A stretch of DNA of 64,000 nt from Octopus sinensis (GCF_006345805.1 NC_042997.1:82274001-82338000); one strand, 5' to 3'. Shown: positions 1 through 12,574, counted from the stretch's first letter. The notes: a model not told the origin generated them from the letters alone. Numbers and translations: made by a program.

Positions 1-1315
1 AGTTTTAGTTAGTATATCATTTATACTTGCTGCAATCTTAATGAATAATTGTTTATGGACAGGCAAAGAATTGAGAATATTACATTTTTTTGAGTTAATG
101 TGTCAATTGTGGCACCCCACTTGATAATATAAAATATATTAGTATCCTCTGGTTGCTTGTAGTTGTTAAAATTATTGCACCTCGTGTTCCCCCACAAAAA
201 CACACAGGTTCTGCATTTGGGAGTCTGTGAAAATTCGTCTGCTATTTTCAGAGAATTATAGGAAACCGGAGTGGCTCACCAAAAAGGCAGAAACTGCAGG
301 AACAGCAGTCAGTAAGTGCTAGGTGCCCAATATTTTGTCAGGACAGTAATAGGATAGTATATGCGTGAAATATAAACAAATATATTATTTTACAGAACTT
401 TTTAACTGATATACATTTACTGATTAAGAAGTTGCTTCTGAAGTTCACAGGACGATCGAGTCTTTTCTCCCTAAATCTTTAATGATAACCCTTATTTCTA
501 ATCATAAGAATAGTATTATCATCTTGTATAGCTTTTAATTTTCGGGTTATTTTCTGGCGTCATTTTGACATTTGCGGTAGGTGGCAGAGTAGTTGCATAG
601 AAACGAGAATTTCCTTTATCAATGTAAAAAGTTCGTTCGTTTTTCTGCTTTTCTTAATTTCTCTCCACTAATGCGGAGAAAGGTTAACATGGCTGGTGTA
701 GGAACATGGTGTTATCTGCATAATTAAAACAGCGAGATAAAGTTAGATATGACATACACATTGCGTTTTTATTCTTCTCGTCCGTTTTACGAATCCAGTG
801 TGCACATGAGCATTGCGTGTTCATACTTCTCTTTCTGGTTCCAACTCAAAATTGTTTATAAGTTACAACCATCTTGCGGACCTGCGGTCATGAGGAGCGC
901 TTCGAGCTCCGATGTTTGTGTAATGATCAACGTTACTATATTCCCTCTATTTCATTTTATATACACTGCAGATAGTAGAATATGCTTCACTAAGAAAATC
1001 TAAGAGATCGAAATATATCCGTAACTTTCCCCAAGTGGTTGTAAAGAGGTGCAGACCAATCTGTTTCGCCTTATTTTTTTTAAATTTATTTTATAGCAGT
1101 TATCTCCCTTGTTATTTTAGAAAACTACAGAAACAAGGTAAGACATCATTAGAGCAGACCATCACTACCAGGACAATTAAATCATTGTCCTCTTGATCCA
1201 AATGTGGTATCCTCTATGCAATCGCTTGACATGCTATAAATAACAGCTAAGTCTCCCTCAAATAACACTCTGCCGTCTTTACAAAATAGAAAGGCACGTT
1301 TGATCATTTGAATCT

Positions 1316-1484
1316 AGGACATTTTACCCCCACCCCAGGACAATTACCCCTGAGGACAACAGATGATGATTTAAAACTTCTTAATATATTGGAAAGGGAA
1401 TAATTAACCAAGGGGTGGGGGTAATTGTCCTAGGGGGTAGTTGCCGTCAGGGGAATTGTTCTAAGGGAGCGTAATTGTCCTGAC
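1316..1484. mobile_element. Small MITE-like element with inverted sub-repeats
   Basis: GGACAATTACCCC-type motifs repeated on the left and GGGGTAATTGTCC-type reverse complements repeated on the right. Confidence 0.5.
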
Positions 1485-1624
1485 ACGAATAATTTAGTCC
1501 TACACCTCAAATTAACTCAGGCTGGTCGTGTATGGAACACCTTTGATCATTCGTCTCGGCTCTATCTGACCTGGGGTTAAAGAACAACAAGAATCTCAAC
1601 TCACTTTTGAATTAACAAACTCTC

Positions 1625-2802
1625 GGGATCTTTTCATTTCCAAGGCCTGTTTTTTCAGATTTTTCCTACTTAACCAAACAATTTGAAACTTCGTATACTG
1701 GTAGAATGTGTCAAAAGAAAACATAATTGTAAACCAGAATGAAAACGGAATTGTAATTTCAAAGTTTAACGTTGTTTAATAATTAGAATTTTAACCAATG
1801 GTATTCGGTCTTTCGGCTTCATATTATTTATTCCGTCTCAATAGACGTAAACGGCTATTTTGCTGACGTATTTAACATACGTGAAATGTAAACACTTGGT
1901 TACCGTATTCCTTCAGTTTCTATTCACATTTTTTTAATATATTATTAACTAACTTATATATTATATAACTAACTTAGTTTTTGTAAATTTTCGTATATTT
2001 TTTGTGATTTTTATTCCTTACTTTATTCGTGTAACTTTTATTTCTGTAACTTTTTATCTTTGGCAATCTTTCGTATGTGTGTGTATGTATGTATGGCCGA
2101 TTCAGTGTTTACATTATTTCGAGTTAAAACGAAAGATTACCTTTGCTATGTAGAAAATAATGAGGTTGACTCAATGGAATAATGACAGTGATCGAAGATA
2201 TAGACAAAATTTGTTTGGTAATCTTTCGTTTTAACTCGAAATAATGTAAACACTGAATCGGCCATACATACATACACACACACACATACATACACACACA
2301 TACATACACACACATACATACACACACACACATACATAGATACATACACATACACACACACATACATGCATACATACATATACACATACACCGAGTAAAA
2401 ATTTTCAGTTATCTCTCTCTTTCACACATTACTCTCTCTGTCTCTTCACACACACTAACAGAAGTACTTCACTTACACAACATACTTTCTGTCTCCCACA
2501 CCCCATCAAACACACACACACGCACACAAAACACAGACCTACACACAGCTGTCTACGTCACAAAATAGCTTTCTACGTCACACTAAGATAATGCAGTTAA
2601 TTATTTCAAATGAAAACAAACAATACGATTGGTTAAAATTCGCAGATTTAATCTACCCTTAAAGTTATAAAATACATTTTTCTCAAATAAACAAGTTGAA
2701 ACTAGTGTTTTCTTTTGAGACACTCTACCAGTATACGAAGTTTCAAACTATTTAGTTAACTAGAAAAATCTGACAAAACAGGCCATGGAAATGAAAAGAT
2801 CC
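1625..2802. mobile_element. Fold-back / long-TIR non-autonomous element
   Basis: Imperfect inverted arms at about 1625-1875 and 2550-2802 (e.g. GAAACTTCGTATACTGGTAGA vs TCTACCAGTATACGAAGTTTC). It also contains an internal perfect 66-bp inverted repeat, 2076-2141 / 2217-2282. Confidence 0.65.
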
Positions 2803-2834
2803 AATTCTCGTTCTTGTAAACTTAAAATATATCA

Positions 2835-2906
2835 TGGCTTAGTGGTTAGAGCAGCGGACTCGCGGTCGAGGGATCGCGAGTTCGAATCTCAGACCGGGCT
2901 ATGTGT
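2835..2906 (+). mobile_element. tRNA-derived SINE head (fragment)
   Basis: A box TGGCTTAGTGG and B box GTTCGAATC, followed by CAGACCGGGC as in the SINE at 56231-56569. No intact cloverleaf. Confidence 0.7.
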
Positions 2907-3879
2907 AACTAGTACAATCTGTGCGTAGTCTGGACGACGGAGACTAAAACAAGTCCTGTCTAAGAGATTTTAAGAGTCAAAAGTTATCCAATTATGTATG
3001 TGTGTATGTGTGTGTGCGTATGTGTGTGCGTGTGTGTGTGTGCATGTGTGTGCATGTATACATATATATGTGTATTTACATGTGCTTGTAAGTGCACATG
3101 GGAAAAGAATACTCTCGATTAGAATCTGCGGTGTTTGTTAGTCTCTGACTATCTTTTTATTTTCATTTTTCATTTCTATTATTTATATATTTATTTATTT
3201 ATCTATTTATATATCTATGCTCAATGCTACTTTAGCGGTTTCGAATATTTAGAGAGTGGCACTCGTGTTGCATAGGCGTTATCAGCATAAAATTTGGAAC
3301 CACAAACAGACGGCAGACCTTTCGTTGTAGCAGTCGAGGTCATTCCGCACCTCATCAGAAATGAACTACCACCGCATCAGTAGTTTCCTTGCTCGTGAGG
3401 ATACGAAAAGATGTTACATAGACTCGAGTAGCTGCGACTCTTCAGTCTCCCACGAGGCTGTTTTCTTCCATCAGAGTGCTGTCGGTGTCTATGAGGTGGT
3501 TGTTTTGGTCTTGCTATACCGTTGTATCTCTCCCTCATCGCTGGAGCCTATAAATATAGGATAACAAGATCTGTAATTTAAGTACAAAATTAGTGAATCA
3601 ACAGTAACAACCGTCATTATCCAAGCTTCTATAATGACTGAATAAAAATTACCTCAAGATGCGGGCCACATGAAGTACAATGGTTGAATAAGCGCCAATA
3701 TATTTAATGTAGTGAACCAAAACATGACAGTTAATTGAAATTACTTTCAGTGATGAGATGGAAACATAGGCTTATCGACTAATGTTAATGAAAAGTGATG
3801 ACGGCAAATGGTCGACAATTGTTCCAATAATCTCAGGTATGGAAGTATGCATGCATGTATGTATGCATTTATGTGAGCA

Positions 3880-3917
<38 letters not shown>

Positions 3918-4758
3918 TGTGTGTGTGTGTGTGTGTGTAAGCGCACGCATACACACACACTCACACACATAAATATGTGCGGGTCTGTGTGTGCGTACGT
4001 ACGTACGTATGTATATGTATATATATATATATATATTATATAGTTAATAGCTACCATATTCTAATATCACACGCATATTTTGATCTTAATTTAAAACAGA
4101 ACTACATAATCCAAAACCTTTTAATCGAAGATCTCCAGAAATATCCAGACCAAAACCAAAACATATTTTTATGACCAGACCACATAATGATATATTTCTC
4201 ATGTTTCCTCTGACCTTATTAAATAGAATTTGCATTCATTATCCGCTTGGTCATCTCACAAAATATATGTTCTGCTTACGAGGTTATCTATAATTACTTA
4301 GCTTTATTAGTTACATATTTATTTACTTATTTTTATACAGAAATGTTCATGTCCTCAATACAAGATATTCTTTTATAATACCGTCACGTTGTCAGTTTTT
4401 GAATATATGATTCGGTACTGGAAGGAAGAGTATAAAAATAAATATTGACTCAAAAAAATGTCCTTGCAAAGAATTTGACTATATCGCAAGTCAGCTATGT
4501 TAGCTGATGAGTTATATCGTTTTGCCTTTAATAGAAGGAAAACATTCTAATTTTATTGAATTATTTATGAAGGAGAAATTATTTCCTGATTTCAACAGGT
4601 TGATAATCACAGATATATATTCGACCTGTGACAGCTTAAATATTGCAGTCAGCTACAATTTCTCGACATTCAACGACTGAACGACGCATGAGAGACGGTA
4701 GGAGTGTAACCCGCATTGAGTTTCTTCAAAGTGTTTAGCATCCAAATTAACTGGAATA

Positions 4759-4989
4759 ATGCTTTTCATTTTTGGCCTCTCTTTGGTGTGGATGCCGCTC
4801 TGTCAATGCATGTCTTCAGCAGATTTATTAATTGTTGGCGCTGCTGGGAAAGATATAACCAATGAAGTAATCGACCGAATGCAAGCAAACGGCCTACTTC
4901 CAAATCATAAAACCTTTTTCCAAACCCTGGCTTCAGTACAAAGCGATTATGGTGTGCCTTTTGTTTCAGAAAACGGCGGTATTTGGCGG
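4759..4989 (+). CDS. Host gene exon 1: signal peptide plus N-terminal half of a putative lysozyme-like domain
   Basis: ATG at 4759 and a hydrophobic N-terminus MLFIFGLSLVWMPLCQC. 77 codons end ...ENGGIWR at the donor CGG|GTGAGA (phase 0), which joins exon 2 in frame. Confidence 0.8.
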
Positions 4990-7692
4990 GTGAGATATTT
5001 TAACTTATTTCATGCTTCATATTAATTCTGCATTTTCTTATTATTTTACTAAATTACAAAAATAACATGAGTCGTTATTAAATGTTCTTGGGACATCCCG
5101 AATGTTTTAGTTTTTGCTTATTCACCCAAATTAGGATATTCTTAGCTAACTTACCCCGTTGCTTCCTTCAGCCACAAGTTGAGATTTATGTTCCTAACTT
5201 CTCTGTCATAAACTTGCCTGTATAAAAGACTTATCGCTTAAAAATATCCCCAATGTCTACAGTGGTGAACTGATTCCAACCAGCATAGAACATGTATACA
5301 AACGGATTGATTCGGTTATGGACAGTTAGATATCTTGATCTTAGGAAGAACACGGTTGGTATAGAGGTATACAAACTATGCACATTTCCGACAGTGGCTA
5401 TCGTCTTGTGTCCCATGTAAGTCAATTCTAACAATGTGTGATGTACAAAGATGGGTGTCGTGACACATCTGGTTAAGGGTCACCATTGCGGCTCCGAGAA
5501 GTTGAAGTCAGTATTGTACGCCAAACCAACGAGAGATCAACTATGTAGCCGCCTGACCAGCTATAAATAGCAGGTAAATTTCCATTAAATCACATTCCGC
5601 AGTCATAAAAAAAAAATAATAAAGCACATATTAGATATTGCAATCCTATATATCCCTAAAATGACAGAACGGTCAAAACCGAAATGACTCTGAGATCATA
5701 GCTCTACCTTGTATTTTCCTACTATATACCGTCTATAATAAACTTCGTTGAGTATGTATGATATATATATATATAAGTATATAAACAAATTAGACACATC
5801 AGATCGCCGAGCTCCCAAAAACAGCTGTTGCATTTATTACACCTTTCTTCCACCCCTTAATTTTCTCTGTCGCTTGTACTCTGTGTAAGTTGGACCTATT
5901 AATATAAATATCATTATATTTATACATAAAATTTCATCACCTGACAGTTTCCACTTTTTGCTTTCTCTCGTTTGGCTTGTATACCTATATGCATATTTTG
6001 TATTTGATGAATTTAATATATTTAATATATTTGATGTATCTAATTTGTTTATCTGCATAATTGCCTCTATACCCGTTCAGTTTGAACCCTCTTGTAGTCT
6101 TTCTTTAGCTTGTGGAAAGATCCCTTATAAAGATATCGGACTCTAAGTTTGAATCTTTTGAGCACTACTAAGTGTCTTCTATACTGAAAATCTTTGGATC
6201 TCATCTCTGTTTCTCTCTTTCTTCTTCTAACCAAACCACCGAAAATTCCGCACATATGCATGCTTGCACAGTCAAGCATACGCTCACATAGATATACGCA
6301 CATATAGATAACAAAAGAATGTTCTGTTACAGATTGATATAAAAGATAAATCTTCAGTAAAGATCATAACTGATGAGTCTCGTAATCAAACAAGATGAAA
6401 GCGTTGAATAATTATCCAAAATTCTGACTACCACCCTTTTTCTTGGTACATATATATATGTTGTCCTCTTTATATATATACACACACACACTAGCCGCCT
6501 ATCGGGCGGCTTTTAAGCTAGCTCCAGTTGAGGGCTCTTCATTTGGCCTTGAGCCCAACAATGACACTTCATGCATTGAGTACATATTGAATTTTATTAA
6601 ACTTAACAATATTTTGCAAGCAATGAACTATTTTCATCAAAACACTGATATATTTTGTCGACTTGGAACTTATTGCAAAGCTGCATGATAAACAACATTT
6701 TTTGTCTTCCCATTCGGGGTCAGTACAAATAGCCTGTTTCCGTTCTTTACTCTTGAACAACCAACATATAGCTGGCCTCAGGCAACAATAAACTTACTTT
6801 TTAAAAATTCAACGATAATTCTTCTGCCGCCACTTAATTTAAAGACAATTTGATGTACATAGGACCTTACTTTTGGTACAATTATTTGTTGTAGCTGGTA
6901 CGTATATAAACTCCTGTTCGTAGTTTGAAGGAAAATTACACCACTGTCGCTAAACACTATTTTAAAGTGCAATTTTTATGGTTTGGAATTGCTCTGAACA
7001 TATTTGACCATAAAGATGTTTGAAATTTAGTACTTTTTTAAGGTAATAATAAAATTAGTTGAATCTGTTTTCATGCAGTTGGAGTGCGCTTAGTTTCCAT
7101 AGCTCCGACGGTATGAAAACAGGTCCGATAAATTTCATTAATATCTGAAAAAGTACTAAGTTTCCGACATTTTTATGATAGAGAGTTATGAGAGGTAATA
7201 TTGTATGAGAAAGTGAGTTCAACAAGTATTTCAGCTCTGAATGCTATGAAGCCCGTTTTATGGTTAAATTACTTAATACAGATATAATATTTAGGGAAGG
7301 ATTTTTTTCAAAATGTTTATTTTGGAAATTACTTTTAGAAATAGTTATAATATTTAGAGAAATATTTTTTCAAAATGTTAGGATTAAGAAAAAAAACAAG
7401 AATGAAGAATGGTAGAAGAGTCATTGAATAGTGAGAGAGGGGTAAAGCATGAGGAGTAGTAGCAGTGTCATTAAATAGTGAGAGAGGCGGGTCGAAGGAG
7501 TAAAGTTGAAAAAGTGTGACACGCTGACACACTGACATTCGCTTTCGCATTTATTATTGTAGATATATATGGCTCTTTACGTCTTGACAGAGGGTCTAAA
7601 CAGCGAAGGTAGTCGTAGTCTTCTTCCTTCAGCTTCCCTCATAGCTGGTCCTTCCTGTTTGATGAGCAAGCTCTGCTGCAAAATCTGCAAAC

Positions 7693-7725
<33 letters not shown>

Positions 7726-7799
7726 TGTATGTATGTATGTATGTATTATGTGTGTGTGTATATGTATACATATATATATGTATGTATGTGTGTATATAC

Positions 7800-7830
<31 letters not shown>

Positions 7831-7974
7831 CGTGCGTGTATATATGTGCGTGTACGTATGTGCGTGTACATATGTGCGTGTGTGTGCGTGTGTGTGCGTG
7901 TAAATGTATGTGTGTGTGTTTGTATGTTTGTATGCTCTCTTGAATCCTTGGCTTTACAAATTGTTGCAACAATT

Positions 7975-8392
7975 TGTACGGTAACTCAACATGATATTTT
8001 TCAGTAAAATGTGGATTCTCAGGCCCCCAGTAAGTGCAACTGTGGCCGTTAACTGATCCATTGAGCCTCACCAACCAAATAATCTTTGTTGGAAAGTGTG
8101 CGTCTTCTACACATCTCGCCAAATACCACTCGCAAAACTTCACTCTTCGGTCCGAATAATCTTCATTCGAGCATGGTCTATTCTTGGAATATGACTTTTC
8201 GAATGGCAACGCTTCAAAATGCAATAAAAGCTTGATTTTGAAATTCATATCTCAAGACATGCTTCTCGCCAAGATTTTCTTGAACTCTGGCAATACGTTT
8301 CTAATTTCTTGCTTTTAAAGGTTCATCGATTTCCACGGTCTTCCGTAACGTTTCTTGTGGACATTCTGAAAAGTTCCACCTACTTTAATCTT
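7975..8392 (-). mobile_element. Tc1/mariner-type (DUF4817/HTH-class) transposase relic, part 2
   Basis: Minus-strand translation KIKVGGTFQNVHKKRYGRPW...[40 protein letters not shown]. It continues part 1 exactly across the Gypsy TSD. Confidence 0.8.
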
Positions 8393-8670
8393 TGTAGTGT
8401 GTGCGCGATTCGAATATAAAGGCACCTACCTTCTCTTCCTCGTGATGGATACCCTTCAGCGGTAACGGATCCTTCGACACAGCCCCGACCCGAACACTAA
8501 AGATAGCAGCTGCTGCACCCAGATCTTAGCGACGTCTTCCCACGTCTTCACACCTCGACAACCCTCGTTGGAAAGGCCGAAGTAACCTGTCTGCGCGCGC
8601 CTGCCGGCTGCCCCCTTCCGGTCAGCCCCAACTTCCGATCAACTCACCCAGCTGCTGACGTCATCCCACA
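8393..8670 (-). repeat. 3' LTR of Gypsy element 1
   Basis: TGTAGTGTG...ATCCCACA on the + strand. About 15 substitutions versus 12297-12574 by manual count (about 5%). Confidence 0.95.
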
Positions 8671-8683
8671 CGCCACCCTGATA

Positions 8684-11549
8684 TTAAAGATCACAATCTC
8701 TCCGCTCCATGTCGTAGTCCACCATCCAACCGGGAGAGCGCCTTGCGCGTCGAGATCTTCTCAAGCTGGGCACCTCGTTCTCCCCCTCTCCAGAATCGTC
8801 GTCCGTCAAAGCGACAATCCTGCGAAGGTCCAAGACGTGTCGCGGCATTCCATCCACGGACACGTTGTTTCTGGAATTGACCGCCGTCACCGTTCCTCTG
8901 CTCCATTGACAGCGCGCCTTTGGTGGCTTAACCCAGACTTCCTCCCCTATTTTCACGCAAACGGGTCCCTTCTCTTCCTCGTGGCCCTCCGGTACTTTGT
9001 TTGGGTGCCTCCATTCATACTTGAACACAGCTCTCTGCGGCACAGATTCCTCAGCTTGTCCGGATCGGGGAGACAAGTTGTACCAAAAAACTGCTTCAAG
9101 CGGCGAAATGTGCCCTCTTTCCGCTATGGCCTTGACTGTCCGATGGTGCCTCTCCACGATCCCGTTACCGCTCGGCCTATACGCTGCTCTGAACAAGCAA
9201 CGCACCTTCCACCGATCAAGCATAACCCTCAATGCTTCCGAACGAAACGCCGCCCCGTTGTCCATCAGTAGTTCTTCCACGGGACCTCTTTCTAAAAATA
9301 TCCCGTTCAGGATCTGTGCGATCTCGTCAGCAATGCCCGTTCTCAACTCCCTCCAAATGGCCAGCCGGCCTGGCCCGCAGTCGACCATGGAGAGGTACAT
9401 TCGCTGACGGTAGTGCGTCACATCCACAGCTAGCCTTTTCCAGTTCTGCTCCACGGAAAGGCTTCCCTGTTCATGCCCACACGGAGCAGGGTCGATGGAC
9501 TGACACCTGTCGCAGCTCCCGACCACCTTCCGGATGCTTCCCCTAGTGACGTCAGCATCAATTTTCTTCGCCAGATACAGGGTCCTGTCCACACCCAGGT
9601 GATGCATAGCATGCAGTCTCTTCAGTTCAGAGTCATCCAACCGACACGCCGCAGCTATCCCTTTCTGTGCCTCCTCCGGTTCTTCCAGCCACGCTCTTTT
9701 CACCCTGGTCAGTACGTCCGCCCTGTTTTTCTCCGAAGGCACGAAAACCACATTCAGCTTCAGTCTGAACTCGGCGATCAATTCACCTAGAACTCCTAGA
9801 CGGCGCTTCACTAACATCTCCACAGCACCTTTCGTCCGCACTCTCCTTTCACCGGTGATCACCGATCCTACCCAGCCAAGCACAGTGGCGGAATCCGTCC
9901 GGATTTCAATTATACGCAGCCCCAATTTAAAGGCCAAGTTCACCCCTTTCAGCACCGCGTCTAATTCGGCGACATTGATGTGGTTGAAATCATCTGCTTT
10001 CCGAAGCCAGGCCGCGTCCTCCACCGCAGCGCCTTCGATTGCCAACACAACCCCTATCGCTATACTGCTAGCATCACACCAGACGGTCCCGCATTCCGTC
10101 TTGGGCACGTAACAGTTCCCCCTGATCAGGTCTTCTGCTCTCGTTCTCTCTAGGATTTCCTGCATCATCGCCACCGTCCCTTCTCCCACCTTGTCGCCCC
10201 AACTCTCCCCCTCAGCTCGTCTCTTGGTGTAACTACACGCCGTACGCAGCCATCCAGCGATCGGGTAGTGATCGACCAACTTCCCACACACCGAGAACAG
10301 CTCTCTCCTGCTGACACTGGAACTCAGCTCTGGGATTTCATTCCCTCTCCGGAACACCAATTCACCCGATCTATCTCTTCGCAGTTTCAGCCCCAGCGCG
10401 GCTCCCCCTTCCATCGATTCCGGTGGCTTCGCAATCAGTCCGAACTTCTCCAGATGTCTAACTACCTCGCTGGCTGGCACTACGGTTTCGTCCACCAAAA
10501 TGTCGTCAATGTAGGTGGTGGCCTTTCTAATCTTGCCGTCTTTCCCTAGGACGGACCTAAGCACTGCCGCCATGATCTTCGGACCGGAATTCAGCCCGAA
10601 ACCCAGCCTGGTTAAACAGTACGTCCGGCCCTTGTACCGCACCAGCTGATATCACCACAGTTTGTCGCTCACATGGAGCTGCAAGTATGCCGATTTCAAG
10701 TCGACGATCGTCGCTGCCTCGGTCGACTGTCTCCACGCACGTAAGATCTCGCCACAAACGTCTGTCGCCTCACCTCCCGTGTGACACGATATATGCTGGT
10801 TTAGCTCCCTGAAGTCCAGCACCGGTCTGACTTTTCCCTTCGTAGGCTGCACCACCGCCATCAGGGGTAGCACCCCGCCCGCTGCCTCCTCCTTCCAGGG
10901 AACAAGGACCCCTTCCTCGATCCACCTCTCCACCTCGTCTTCAAACTCGACCCTGGCGTGGCCTTTCAGGGTATGCTGGTAACAGCTCACCCTGTTTTCC
11001 AGCGTCGGGGGATCGTCCTTCCATCGCCACTCTATCGTCCACCGCTGACCATCGAACGCCGCCTGAAAGTCTTTGTCCTCGATGGTGTAAGCGGCGCAGT
11101 CCCTCGCGGGGCTCTGCTCTCTCTGGCGATCCTGACTCGCAGTGCACGACGCCCCCACGCTTCCGAACTTGACCTCATTTCCCACAACACTGGCGCCACC
11201 GAGGCAGTTGATGGCGTCCATCCCCATCACCACATCAACCCCATCTATCACGCGTTCGGCCACAATTACCTGCAGCCTTAGCGTCGCGTCGCGCACCACT
11301 ATCTCTACCTTGCTGCTGCCTCTGCAACGGATTTCGCTGCCGTCGACCGACCGGACGCTACTCGCCCCGTTCCATTCCTTCGTCACCCTCGATCGAAGTC
11401 ACAAGGGTGGTCGTACAGCCCGTATCCACGAGGGCCTTGAACGTCTTCCCCTCGGCCTCCACGTCAATCAATGGCAGCGTCTCCAATAGCGCCTCTACTC
11501 GTTTGCGGGGAAAGTTCGAGAGGCAGCAACTTCCCCGCGGTCGTTTCCC
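8684..11549 (-). pseudogene. Gypsy element 1 pol (protease, RT, RNase H, integrase), disrupted
   Basis: Protease ALVDTGC; RT VRPVLDFRELN, DLKSAYLQ and YIDD; RNase H WCDAS; integrase H-H-C-C with DVTHY / DNG / IVERHH. Frameshift near 11390 and an in-frame TGA at 10652-10654. Confidence 0.92.
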
Positions 11550-12243
11550 TGGTCGCAGTCACGGGCAATGTGCCCTGTCTCCCTGCATCGATAGCAAACG
11601 GGCCCCGGTTGCGTACAGTCCCGCGACATGTGCGACCCCTGGCATCTAAAACACCGACCTGTGAACGGCCGCTTCTGTACGTCTTTCTCCGGTCGTCGTC
11701 CGTCTTTACGCACCTCCGTCACCGCCATCGGTATCGCCTTCCGTCCAGAGTGTCGCGTCAACACGCGGGCTTGAATCACCAGTTCGCTCAGCGCCATCTT
11801 TTTAATCCCGGGCAATCGTTGTAGGTGAATCCCTACATCGTCGGGGAACCCATTTACGAACGCCAGCCGCGCCGCTCGCTCCAGCCCTTCTCCCGTAAAC
11901 CCAGCCAGCGTCGCTAACCTTCTAACTTCTGCCGCATACTCGTCCACTTGTCCCCCCCCGTCCACCGAATCGTACCCAGCTTAGCAAAAGCTGTGTATTC
12001 ACATTCTGTGTAGGCATCCCGCAATCGTTGCTCTATTTTTTCCTCGCTCAGACGTTCTTTCTCGTCCATCTCAAGGTATAGCGTTAACGCGCTCCCTTCT
12101 AAATACAGCGCCATAAGACTTGCCACATCGCTTACACCTTGCAGTCTTGCCACCAGCCTGATTTTCCGCATCCAGGCCACTACATCGCCTTCGCCATTGA
12201 AGGGTCTGATGATGTCGCTGGCGATCCTAATTTTTGCAGACAT
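11495..12243 (-). pseudogene. Gypsy element 1 gag, with one frameshift
   Basis: ATG at 12243 (GCCACGATG) and MSAKIRIASDIIRPFNGEGDVVAW. Frameshift in a G8 run near 11955. Two Zn knuckles, CFRCQGSHMSRDC and CYRCRETGHIARDC. Confidence 0.9.
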
Positions 12244-12296
12244 CGTGGCGACGAATCGTGTTGAAATGTAAATATTTAAGAATTGCCGAAATAGCT

Positions 12297-12574
12297 TGTA
12301 GTGTGTGCGCGATTCAAATATAAAGGCACCTACCTTCTCTTCCTCGTGATGGAGACCCTTCAACGGTAACGGATCCTTCGACACAGCCCCAACCCGAACA
12401 CTAAAGATAGCAGCTGCTGCACCCAGACCTTAGCGACGTCTTCCCACGTTTTCACACCTCGACGACCCTCGTTGGAAAGGCCGAAATGACCGGTCTGTAC
12501 GCGCCTGCCGGATGCCCCCTTCCGGCCAGCCCCAACTTCCGGTCAACTCACCCAGCTGCTGACGTCATCCCACA
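12297..12574 (-). repeat. 5' LTR of Gypsy element 1
   Basis: Direct repeat of 8393-8670, followed by TSD ATCTT. Confidence 0.95.

Larger units (their letters stand above)
8393..12574 (-). mobile_element. Full-length Ty3/Gypsy LTR retrotransposon (4182 bp), decayed
   Basis: Two 278-bp LTRs with TG...CA ends and a 5-bp TSD ATCTT (8388-8392 and 12575-12579). Domain order is gag-PR-RT-RH-INT. Confidence 0.97.

Noticed and set aside
2835-2906. tRNA gene
   Set aside because: It has A and B boxes but no acceptor stem, and it matches the SINE head at 56569.
6492-6514. Rho-independent terminator-like hairpin AGCCGCC-TATCG-GGCGGCT-TTT
   Set aside because: The context is eukaryotic and intronic. The adjacent CTAG suggests a Helitron-type end, but no matching body was identified.
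7577-8248. 223-aa ORF
   Set aside because: It is a transposase relic reading through (CA)/(TACA) microsatellite.
12297-12574. Tf1-type self-priming of Gypsy element 1
   Set aside because: The element-strand LTR does not contain GCCGAAATAGCT. The GCCGAAAT at about 12480 is on the wrong strand to pair with the PBS.
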